The translations under genes were made by a program, and so were the position numbers. DNA of 64,000 bases from Eledone cirrhosa (Eukaryota), in the NCBI GenBank assembly GCA_964016885.1, contig OZ024742.1:1178001-1242000 (forward strand), read 5' to 3'. Below, piece after piece: positions 15,001-26,600 of the stretch. The first letter of the stretch is position 1. Each line of letters opens with the position of its first letter. Under the pieces are notes generated by a model. That model was given only the letters and a program-made list of their open reading frames with translations, was not told the DNA's origin and made no database searches.

Positions 15001-17001
15001 GGCTCACAACAACATTACGGTAGAGCTAGAGATAAAACTAAGCTCACATCAACATTACTGTAGAGCTAGAGATGAAACTAGGCTCACTCAACATTACTGT
15101 AGAGTTAGAGATAAAACTAGGCTCACATGAATATCACTGTAGAGCCGGAGATAAAACAAGGCTCACATCAACATTACTGTATAGCTAGAGATAAAACTAG
15201 GCTCACAACATAACTGTACAGCTATAGATAAAACTAGGCTCACATCAACATTACTGTAAAGCTAGAGATGAAACTAGGCTCACATCAACATTACTGTAGA
15301 GCTAGAGATAAAACTAGGCTCACATCAACATTATTGTAGAGCTAGAGATAAAACTAGGCTCACATCAACATTACTGTAGAGCTAGAAATAAAACTAGGCT
15401 CACAACATTACTGTAAAGCTAGAGACAAAACTAGGCTCACATTCACATTACTGTACAGCTAGAGATAAACTAGGCTCACAACAACATTACTGTACAGCCA
15501 GAGATAAAACTAGGCTCACATCAACATTACTGTATAGCTAGGGATGAAACTAGGCTCACAACAATATTACGGTAGAGCTAGAGATAAAACTAGGCTCACA
15601 TCAACATTACGGTAGAGCTAGAGATGAAACTAGGCTCACAACAACATTACTGTAGAGCTAGAGATAAAACTAGGCTCGCATGAACATTACTGTAGAGCCG
15701 GAGATAAAACAAGGCTCTCAACAACATTACGGTACAACTAGAGATAAAACTAGGCTCACATCAACATTAATATAGAGCTATAGATAAAGCTAGGCTCACA
15801 ACAACATTACTGTACAACTAGAGATAAAACTAGGCTCACAACAACATTACTGTAGAGCTAGAGATAAAACTAGGCTCACATGAACATCACTGTAGAGCCG
15901 GAGATAAAACAAGGCTCACAACAACATTACTGTACAGCTAGAGATAAAACTAGGCTCACATCAAAATTACTGTACAGCTAGAGATAAAAGTAGGCTCACA
16001 TCAACATTACTGTAGAGCTAGAGATAAAACTAGGCTCACATCAACATTACTGTACAGCTAGAGATAAAACTAGGCTCACAACATTACTGTACAGCTAGAG
16101 ATAAAACAAGGCTCACATCAATATTACTGTACAGCTAGAGATAAAACTAGGCTCATATAATCATTACTGTACAGCTAGAGATACAACTAGACTCACGTCA
16201 ACATTACTGTACCGCTAGAGATAAAACTAGGCTCACATCAACATTACTGTACCGCTAGAGATAAAACTAGGCTCACATCAACATTACTGTACCGCTAGAG
16301 ATAAAATTAGGCTCACATCAACATTACTGTACCGCTAGAGATAAAACTAGGCTCACATCAACATTACTGTACAGCTAGAGACAAAACTAGGCTCACAACA
16401 ACATTACTGTACAACTAAAGATAAAACTAGGCTCACATCATCATTACTGTACAGCTAGAGATAAAACTAGGTTCACATCAACATTACTGTAGAGCTAGAG
16501 ATAAAACTAGGCTCACATCAACATTCCTGTAGAGCTAGAGATAAAACTAGGCTCACATCAACATTACTGTAAAGCTAGAGATAAAACTAGGCTCACATCA
16601 ACATTACTGTATAGCTAGAGATAAAACTAGGCTCACATCAACATTACTCTAGAGCTAGAGATAAAACTAGGCTCACATCAACATTACTGTACAGCAAGAT
16701 ATAAAACTAGGCTCACATCAAATTACTGTAGAGCTAGAGATAAAACTAGGCTCACATCAACATTACTGTAGAGCTAGAGATAAAACTAGGCTCACATCAA
16801 CATTACTGTAGAGCTAGAGATAAAACTAGGCTCACATCAACATTACTCTAGAGCTAGAGATAAAACTAGGCTCACATCAACATTACTGTACAGCAAGATA
16901 TAAAACTAGGCTCACATCAACATTACTGTACAGCAAGATATAAAACTTGGCTCACATCAACATTACTGTACAGCAAGATATAAAACTAGGCTCACATCAA
17001 C
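1..17001. repeat. 40-bp tandem satellite (consensus ATTACTGTAGAGCTAGAGATAAAACTAGGCTCACATCAAC), about 425 copies, open at the window edge
   Basis: Directly visible 40-bp periodicity with occasional 37-39 bp variants. The ORF track reports nothing within the array. Confidence 0.98.
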
Positions 17002-17059
17002 AGAACCAAGAACATACATCTTATACAAACAGATGGCTTGACTAACCTTAACCTAAATA

Positions 17060-18085
17060 TCACACACATACAGACATACACATACTTACATATACAGACA
17101 TACACATACTTACATACACAGACATACAGACACACACAGACATACAGACATACACAAACATACACTGACATACAGACATATACAGACATACAGACATACA
17201 CAGACATACACAGACACATACAGTCAGATACAGTCACACACACACACAGCCACAGATTCAGACACACACATAAATACACACACCCTCACATATGTACACA
17301 CACACAGCCACAGTCCATTTCCTGGGCTGGTACAAGGAGGTGGTGGTGATGGTCTTGTTAGTGGTGGTGGTGGTCTTGTTGTTGTTAGTGATGGTGGTGG
17401 TGGTGGTGATGGTCTTGTTGTTGGTGGTGGTGGTGGTGGTGGTGGTGCTGATGTTGTCTTGTTAGTGGTGGTGGTGGTGCTGATGGTCTTGTTGATGGTG
17501 GTGGTGGTCTTGTTGTTGTTAGTGATGGTGGTGGTCTTGTTGTTGTTGGTGCTGATGGTCTTGTTGTTAGTGGTGGTGGTAGGAAAGTGTCAACGCTACC
17601 TTCCATATATTTGCTATACACTTTACATCACAACTCTACTAATTAAATAATTAATTACAAATTAAAATGAGGTAACGAATTTGAAAAACAAAAATTCTCA
17701 GGGGAATTTATTTTCTCCCAGAGTGAAGAATGTGTGTATGTAGTTATATATGTAAGTATAGATGTGTGTATATATGTGTGTGTATATATATAATATATAT
17801 ACACACACACACAGAAACATGTATATAGATATCTATGCATGTATGCATACATAGTTATATATGTATGTGTTTGTATGTATGTGTGTATATATATATATGT
17901 GTGTGTATGTGTTTGTATGTATGTGTGTATATATATATATATATTATGTATGTGTTTGTATGTATGTGTGTGTGTATATATATATATATATATGTATGTA
18001 TGTGTGTGTGTGTGATGCATGCATTTGTAGGTATGCATGCAGGTGTGTGTACATATGTGTGTGTGTATAGATGTGTGTGTGTGTA
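17060..18085. repeat. Compound microsatellites (CA/CATA, GGT/TGT, TA/TG)
   Basis: Low-complexity runs that produce spurious HT/VC/poly-V ORFs. Confidence 0.9.
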
Positions 18086-18647
18086 GACAATATGTAAGTG
18101 AAAGAAGGCAAGAGAGAGGGGGAGTGTTGTGGGGTTTAAGGAGGAAGTGAAGTGACCAAGAAAGAGTGAATGTGTGATGACATCTGTTTAATGTAGGAGG
18201 AGACCTTACTAAACATTGTCAGTCATCAGTTACTAGTAACATACCAACAGCACAAATATTCCCAAACTACCAAACTTTCAGAAATTACTTTCACAAGGAA
18301 TGTCTTCAATTTTACATATTTACTTTAGATTTTGAAACATTTCAAATATATTTTTATATTTTCTAATTTTTAGTTTACACACACAGACAGACACAGACAC
18401 ACAGGTATACACACACAGACAGACATACACACAGAAACAGACATACACACACAGACAGACACACACACAGACACACATACATACACACACACACACACAC
18501 CATCATTTAGCCTCCTGTTCCCTGCTAGCAAGTGTTGGATGGGTCTTCACTGACCAATTTAGTATTGAAGTGGGGTTACTGACCTCCCTAACAACCAGGG
18601 GTACACATATCACAGTCCCACATTCTACCAAGGACATTTTATCATGG

Positions 18648-18903
18648 CACCATGTAGCTATGTCTAGAGACAGGACAGTGTTAAGGTCATATCACAACCA
18701 TATAGCTATGTCTAGAGACAGGACAGTGTTAAGGTCATATCACAACCATGTAGCTATGTCTAGAGACATGGCAGTGTTAAGGTAATATCATGGCACCATG
18801 TAGTTATGTCTAGAGACATGACAGTATTAAGGTTATATCACAACCATGTAGCTATGTATGGAGACATGAGTGTTGATAAGTTCATTTCACAACCATGTAG
18901 CTA
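18648..18903. repeat. ~48-bp minisatellite, about 5 copies
   Basis: Repeated ACCATGTAGCTATGTCTAGAGACAGGACAGTGTTAAGGTCATATCACA. Confidence 0.85.
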
Positions 18904-19020
18904 ATATTGGGTTAAACATGTAGCACTCGCCAACCCACCACCCCCAATTGATACTTTGTTTTTCCAGCACTTGAAAGGTCGAAGGCAACCCACCCCACTT
19001 GACTAATATTTTATTTTTCA

Positions 19021-19847
19021 ATTCCGTCAGGGAAATGGCCATGTTCGATATGCAGAAAAAGAACTGGCATAAATTCTATAAAATGCACACAATGCAGATT
19101 CTGGGTACACAAGAGATGTAGTGGAATAGCAGGCAAACTAACAGGTAAGGAGAAATACGTATGCAGTAGATGTACAGGAAAATTAGACAGTAGAAGTCGC
19201 ATTGATAGACACATTTTTCAAATGCAGGCGGGTGCTATAGAAGTGGTGGATAGCTTCCGGTACCTAGTAGATCAGATTAGCATGGGAGAGGGGTGTTCCG
19301 AGACCATAGTATGTAGAATAAGGATGGGTTGGAAGAAGTTTAGGGAGCTGCTTCCTCTGCTGACGAAGAAGGGTTTCTCCCTGCGTACGAAAGGAGCACG
19401 ATGTTGCATGGTAGTGAGACATGAGCAGCAACTGCAGAGGATATGCCACGGCTGGAGAGAAATGAGGCAAGCATGCTCCGTTGGATGTGCAATGTCAATG
19501 TGCGTGAATGACCCAGCATGAATGTGTTGAGAGAGAAACTGTGTTTGAGAGGGATAGAATGTAGTGTACGGGAGAGGAGACTGAGGTGGTATGGACATGT
19601 GATGCGCATGGAGGATGACCGATGGGTGAAGAAGTGCCAGGAAATGCCAGTTGAAGGAAGACGTGGTAGAGGTAGACCATGAAAAACATGGGCGGAGGTG
19701 GTGAGAACAGACCTCAGATCGCTGAAGCTCACGGTGGAGATGACGGAGGACCGTGACAAGTGGAGAGATGCTGTACTGAATAAGACCCGTCCCACCCTTG
19801 CAAGCAGGGAAAAGCGGACGTAAAATGATGATGATGATGATGATGAT
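19021..19847 (+). mobile_element. 5'-truncated RTE-clade LINE (subfamily B) with frameshifts and (GAT)n tail
   Basis: Translates to KWPCSICRKRTGINSIKCTQCRFWVHKRC, VVDSFRYL, RMGWKKFRELLPLL and RRLRWYGHVMRM, and ends in GGACGTAAAAT(GAT)n. Homologous to the 41037 ORF. Confidence 0.9.
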
Positions 19848-20894
19848 ACTCAAAAGGACAAAAGACAAAGTTGATTGACACAACCAATACCACAAGGCAT
19901 CACATCAAACAGCCAAGAGTGAAAGGAGAAAATACAGTTGACCTGAGTGGGATTTGAACTGAGATTACAGAGAACTAAACAGAGCCAATCCTTCTGACTA
20001 AAAATTCTACCACTTTACCAAACCCTTCCTTCTCACTAACAACTACCACTTTACCAAACCCTTCCTTCTCACTAACACTACTACTTTACTAATAAATATA
20101 GAAAGAACAATGAGTAAATAAAAGTGAAAAAGAGCTTCTTTCTCTGTCCAAAATAACTCCACTGATCAAACTATCCATTCTCTTACTGAAATATTTATTT
20201 ACTCCAAAGTAGCTCCCCCCCCCCTCTCCACACTACATTCCCTTTCCGCTCTTGAAACTATATTTCCTCTCTCTGTCTTGAAAAAATCTCCTCTCTCCAA
20301 CCATCCCTCTCTAACACAAACACACATAAACACAAATATATGTGTGTGTATGTGTATATATTTACATACATATATATATTATATTACACACAACATAAGC
20401 CAGCCACTAAAAGTATTCTGATTTCTAAGAGAATCAAAGCAAGGGAAAGCAAAGGAAAACAATATAAAACAAAGTTGTTGCTGTCATTGTTTTTGTTGTT
20501 GTTGTTGTTGTAGCTATTATTGTTTTTGTTGTTCTTGTTCTTACTACTGGGATTGTTGCTGCTACCATTGTTATTGTTGCTGTTGTTGGTATTGTTGCTG
20601 TTGTTTTCTGTTATCTGGAGCAGAGAATACTTTGTTTTTAACACAACACAGGGGGGTGAATACCTGCCAGAATAATTTTGAAACCAAAATTGATTTCTAT
20701 TGAGATAAGTTTATAAAGATTTGTTCTCCCCCAACTAAACAACTTCTGATACTTCTGTAGTGGTGGAAATATCTCTAAACAACATCCTGACCTTACTGCT
20801 TGGGGTCAAACTAGTCAGATTGGACCAAGGAGACAATGTTTCCGATATTCTAAGTACCATTGTTGATACTGTCTCCCAGTCGCAAATCCTGGCA

Positions 20895-21012
20895 GGAAAA
20901 GCAAGTTGAAACAAAGTGTCTAGTTCAAGGACACAATGTATTGCCCAGCCCAAGAATCAAACTCACAACCTCCTGATTGTGAATCCAACTCTCTATTAAA
21001 CCATGTATCTTC
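20895..21012 (-). mobile_element. Degenerate tRNA-derived SINE head
   Basis: Similar to 44115-44236 (AAAGTGTCTAGTTCAAGGACACAA...ACTCACAACC). Confidence 0.6.
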
Positions 21013-21294
21013 ATATTATGATATACATATTTACAACTAGGTGGAGCAGGTCAGTAAAAGTTGAATATTCTCAGTCATAGATAAAATAACAAAACAAAGC
21101 AGTCACCCATGACAATATACAATGGATATAAATTGTGTATTGTACATCTGGAAGAATATTGGACATCTGGTGTAATATCACATGGTTAATATAGACATCT
21201 GTTATGTTTTGTTTCACAACAATGCCATACCAGATAGGATATTGGAAGAAGAGGTCATTTGATTTAATAAATTTTGATCATTATCACATATCTA

Positions 21295-21600
21295 TTCTCT
21301 TGTGCTTGCATGGGTTCGACAAGTGTCCTTCAACACAGCTTTCGTCCTTCTTCTGTGAGGTTCAGCATTCTGAGATCAGTGCTAACTACTTCTACCCAAG
21401 TATTCCTTCATCTTCTGTAAACTTCCTTCCATTTGGAACTCCTAACATTTCTATGATCACTCTCCATAGACATCACGTCTCTACCAGCACAGTCCTCTCT
21501 CTTGCACACATCTGATTCCTGAAGTCATGTATATTGATTGACATTACACAACCATTGGAGCATGCTAGCCTTATTTCTGTCAAACCTCTAACACACACTC
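21295..21600 (-). mobile_element. Old degenerate RTE LINE 3' fragment
   Basis: Reverse-strand resemblance to the RTE 3' end (GCTTGCATGGGT terminus; CATCACGT, ACCAGC and GAGCATGCT motifs). Confidence 0.55.
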
Positions 21601-21756
21601 AACATTCAATGTCCAGCTTTCATTAAAATGTAACATCACACTTTGTACACTCATTAGATATAATTAATTCTCTATTGAAAATATGTCAAATGTGTATATA
21701 TCTAGATGTTTTCATCAGAAAACACAACTATAACAATGACATAAAATAGAAACTTC

Positions 21757-21799
<43 letters not shown>

Positions 21800-22176
21800 A
21801 TTGACTCTTTTGTAACCAGATTTCTATAGAAATATTCTATGTATATGAATTTAATTTAATTAATTAATCAAGTAGGGGGGGGGTGTTAAAATAATTAACT
21901 TTATTATTAAGCTGTTAATTGGAACATAACTAAACACAAAAGATTCTTACATGAAATAATTGAAGATTTTTAGGTAAAACAAAAGTCAGATTTTCTATGT
22001 TGTTTGTTTAGGCTATGGGCCTATACAGATTATATATATATTAAACTTAAGCAAAAATCTCAATTTAGATGGAGAGGTATGTATAAGTAAAACTCTAACA
22101 CAGAGCGGGAGAGAGAAGGTGTATAATATATTGATCATAGATATTTAAGAAGATATTAGGATATGTTTCTAGTTAC

Positions 22177-23001
22177 CTCAAGCACAGGTCCTGCTCCAAG
22201 AATGGTCTGTTCTACTCCAGTAGCATGATTTCCTTTCTGACTTAATGCAGTTAAATGATGAAGAAGTAAGTTGGTACTTTCCGTTTTCCCTGAGCCTGAT
22301 TCCCCTGATATCACAATACACTGGTTTTTCTTAGTCCGTAACATTGTGGAAAAAGCAGCATCCGCTATAGCAAATATGTGTGGTGGCAGGTCTCCCAACC
22401 ATTTATACTGATACATTTTTACATATTTGGGGTTGTAAATTGGAAAAAACTTAAACGGATTAACTGCTATTAAAATTGACCCAACGTAGGTGTAGATGTT
22501 CCCATTGTAAAACCTCGCCCTGATATTATCTAACAGGGTCTTCTCGTTCAAATCTGGCAGGCTACATAAGTCTGGGTACTCCTTGTTGCTAGTCGGTTGC
22601 TTCAGGAATGTTGTAAGAAAAGTATCGACAGGACTAGGGTGTCTATAATCTAACCAGGAAAGACTTCGACTAGAAAAATCAACATCTTTTTTCCGAATGT
22701 AAAATCGGTAGCCAGTCGTGCCTTGGTTTGAATAACTATCCTCGTTGAGCACCTTAGGCCACAACAGCTGGATTCGAACTGGGTTCTCTGTAGCGTCCAC
22801 ACACCTCTCTTTGCACAACTGACCACCAGAACAAAACACTTCGGCAACCTCAAAATTTTCCGGGTTGCCCAGCTTTAATTTCTTCACAGCCATCTTAATG
22901 ACATCGGCTGCCAGAGTGGTTTTCTCTGCCTCAACCGTTATAAAGTCATTCTCGAGGCTCAACTGCCCCGTATAGAGGCAAATACCATGTAAATCCATCA
23001 T
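22177..23001 (-). CDS. Myo9: First coding exon of unconventional myosin class IX (N-terminal RA domain plus start of the motor domain)
   Basis: RA-like N-terminal extension followed by DLCSLPDLNEKTLL, IYTYVGSILIAVNPFK, LPPHIFAIAD, P-loop GESGSGKTEST and GVEQTILGAGPVLE. The frame ends at a GAG|GTAACT donor at 22177/22176 (825 nt, phase 0). An in-frame TAG lies 15 nt upstream of the ATG. Confidence 0.93.
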
Positions 23002-23167
23002 CTGGATAAGTTTCTATCTACAAGATCCGGTTTGTCTTATCTTTCCACCTATCAGACGCCAGTGACATCTTCAACGGACTCTTTTCAATGGCTTCAGCTT
23101 CAAATTTAATTTCCGATATCATGTTTGTAATCCTAAAAAAATTCTTCAAGGTTTCATTCATAAGGAC
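23002..23167 (-). other. Putative 5'UTR part of the Myo9 exon, with splice acceptor at 23168-23169
   Basis: Minus strand reads TTTCTTTTAATTTTATTTTGCAG|GTCC, a strong polypyrimidine tract plus CAG. Confidence 0.7.
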
Positions 23168-23625
23168 CTGCAAAATAAAATTAAAAGAAACATTAGATTC
23201 ATTATACAGGCTGAATCTTTTATTATTTATTTATTCATCTATTTATTTCGTCAATTTAAACGTCCATATAGAGCTAGTAAGCCATGGCAAACTATGAGAT
23301 GTAACTAGTACGTCTTACTAGTACGAGAAACAAAAAACAAGATATACAGAGATAGATTAATATAAAAATAGAATTTTAAAAAGTAAAATAAAATTTAAAA
23401 AATTAAACATGGAAGGCTAATGGGGGGGGGGGGAAATAAGCTTTAAAAAGATAAAGAAAAACTGGGAAGCAAGGGAAGCTGCAAAGTAGCTAGGAGGTTC
23501 TGTTGTTGAATCTTTTCATAACCTCCATGTACTTAAAAATGTGGTTTATAGTTGGTAGATCTTTTACAATATATTGTATCTCCAATCTTGGTAGTTTTTT
23601 TAATGATCAGCTTCAAGATGTCCTC

Positions 23626-26600
23626 TCTCATTCACAGTCTCATTCACAGATGTCTCATTCACAGTCTCATTCACAGTCTCATTCACAGATGTCTCATTCA
23701 CAGTCTCATTCACAGATGTCTCATTCACAGTCTCATTCACAGATGTCTCATTCACAGTCTCATTCACAGATGTCTCATTCACAGTCTCATTCACAGATGT
23801 CTCATTCACAGTCTCATTCACAGTCTCATTCACAGATGTCTCATTCACAGTCTCATTCACAGATGTCTCATTCACAGTCTCATTCACAGTCTCATTCACA
23901 GATGTCTCATTCACTGTCTCATTCACAGATGTCTCATTCACAGTCTCATTCACAGTCTCATTCACAGATGTCTCATTCACAGTCTCATTCACAGATGTCT
24001 CATTCACTGTCTCATTCACAGATGTCTCCTTCACTGTCTCATTCACAGATGTCTCATTCACAGTCTCATTCACAGTCTCATTCACAGATGTCTCATTCAC
24101 ATTCTCATTCACAGTCTCATTCACAGATGTCTCATTCACTGTCTCATTCACTGTCTCATTCACAGTCTCATTCACAGATGTCTCATTCACAGTCTCATTC
24201 ACTGACTCATTCACAGATGTCTCATTCACAGTCTCATTCACAGATGTCTCATTCACAGTCTCATTCACAGATGTCTCATTCACATTCTCATTCACAGATG
24301 TCTCATTCACAGTCTCATTCACAGATGTCTCATTCACAGTCTCATTCACAGATGTCTCATTCACTGTCTCATTCACAGTCTCATTCACAGATGTCTCATT
24401 CACAGTCTCATTCACAGATGTCTCATTCACAGTCTCATTCACAGATGTCTCATTCACTGTCTCATTCACAGATGTCTCCTTCACTGGCTCATTCACAGAT
24501 GTCTCATTCACAGTCTCATTCACAGATGTCTCATTCACAGTCTCATTCACAGATGTCTCATTCACAGTCTCATTCACAGATGTCTCATTCACAGATGTCT
24601 CATTCACTGTCTCGTTCACAGATGTCTCATTCACAGTCTCATTCACTGTCTCATTCACAGATGTCTCATTCACATTCTCATTCACAGATGTCTCATTCAC
24701 ATTCTCATTCACAGATGTCTCATTCACAGTCTCATTCACAGATGTCTCATTCACTGTCTCATTCACAGATGTCTCATTCACAGTCTCATTCACAGATGTC
24801 TCATTCACAGTTTCATTCACAGATGTCTCATTCACTGTCTCATTCACTGTCTCATTCACAGATGTCTCCTTCACTGTCTCATTCACAGATGTCTCATTCA
24901 CTGTCTCATTCACAGTCTCATTCACAGATGTCTCATTCACAGTCTCATTCACAGTCTCATTCACAGTCTCATTCACAGTCTCATTCACAGATGTCTCATT
25001 CACAGATGTCTCATTCAGTCTCATTCACAGTCTCATTCACTGTCTCATTCATGGATGTCTCATTCACTGTCTCATTCACAGTCTCATTCACAGATGTCTC
25101 ATTCACAGTCTCATTCACAGTCTCATTCACAGTCTCATTCACAGATGTCTCATTCAGTCTCATTCACTGTCTCATTCACAGATGTCTCATTCACAGATGT
25201 CTCATTCACTGTCTCATTCACAGATGTCTCATTCACTGTCTCATTCACAGTCTCATTCACAGATGTCTCATTCACTGTCTCATTCACAGTCTCATTCACA
25301 GATGTCTCATTCAGTCTCATGCACTGTCTCATTCAGTCTCATTCACAGATGTCTCATTCACTGTCTCATTCACTGTCTCATTCACAGATGTCTCATTCAC
25401 TGTCTCATTCACAGATGTCTCATTCACTGTCTCATTCACAGTCTCGTTCACAGATGTCTCATTCACATTCTCATTCACAGATGTCTCATTCACATTCTCA
25501 TTCACAGATGTCTCATTCACAGATGTCTCATTCACAGTCTCATTCACAGATGTCTCATTCACAGATGTCTCATTCACATTCTCATTCACAGATGTCTCAT
25601 TCACGGATGTCTCATTCACATTCTCATTCACAGTCTCATTCACAGATGTCTCATTCACTGTCTCATTCACAGATGTCTCATTCACAGTCTCATTCACAGA
25701 TGTCTCATTCACTGTCTCATTCACAGTCTCATTCACAGATGTCTCATTCACAGATGTCTCATTCACAGATGTCTCATTCACTGTCTCATTCACAGATGTC
25801 TCATTCACTGTCTCATTCACAGATGTCTCATTCACAGATGTCTCATTCACAGATGTCTCATTCACATTCTCATTCACAGATGTCTCATTCACAGTCTCAT
25901 TCACAGATGTCTCATTCACTGTCTCATTCACATTCTCATTCACAGATGTCTCATTCACATTCTCATTCACAGATGTCTCATTCACATTCTCATTCACAGA
26001 TGTCTCATTCACAGTCTCATTCACAGTCTCATTCACAGATGTCTCATTCACAGTCTCATTCACAGATGTCTCATTCACTGTCTCATTCACAGATGTCTCC
26101 TTCACTGTCTCATTCACAGATGTCTCATTCACTGTCTCATTCACAGTCTCATTCACAGATGTCTCATTCACAGATGTCTCATTCACAGTCTCATTCACAG
26201 AAGTCTCATTCACAGATGTCTCATTCAGTCTCATTCACTGTCTCATTCACAGTCTCATTCACAGTCTCATTCACAGATGTCTCATTCACAGATGTCTCAT
26301 TCACTGTCTCCTTCACAGTCTCATTCACAGATGTCTCATTCACTGTCTCATTCACAGATGTCTCATTCACAGTCTCATTCACAGATGTCTCATTCACAGA
26401 TGTCTCATTCAGTCTCATTCACTGTCTCATTCACAGTCTCATTCACAGATGTCTCATTCACTGTCTCATTCACAGATGTCTCATTCACTGTCTCATTCAC
26501 AGATGTCTCATTCACTGTCTCATTCACAGTCTCATTCACATTCTCATTCACAGATGTCTCATTCACATTCTCATTCACAGATGTCTCATTCACAGTCTCA

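Noticed and set aside
1-17001. CRISPR-like array
   Set aside because: Contiguous tandem monomers with no unique spacers, no cas genes, and a eukaryotic context.
22156-22176. C-terminal VTRNIS* of the myosin ORF
   Set aside because: Read-through into the intron after the GTAACT donor.
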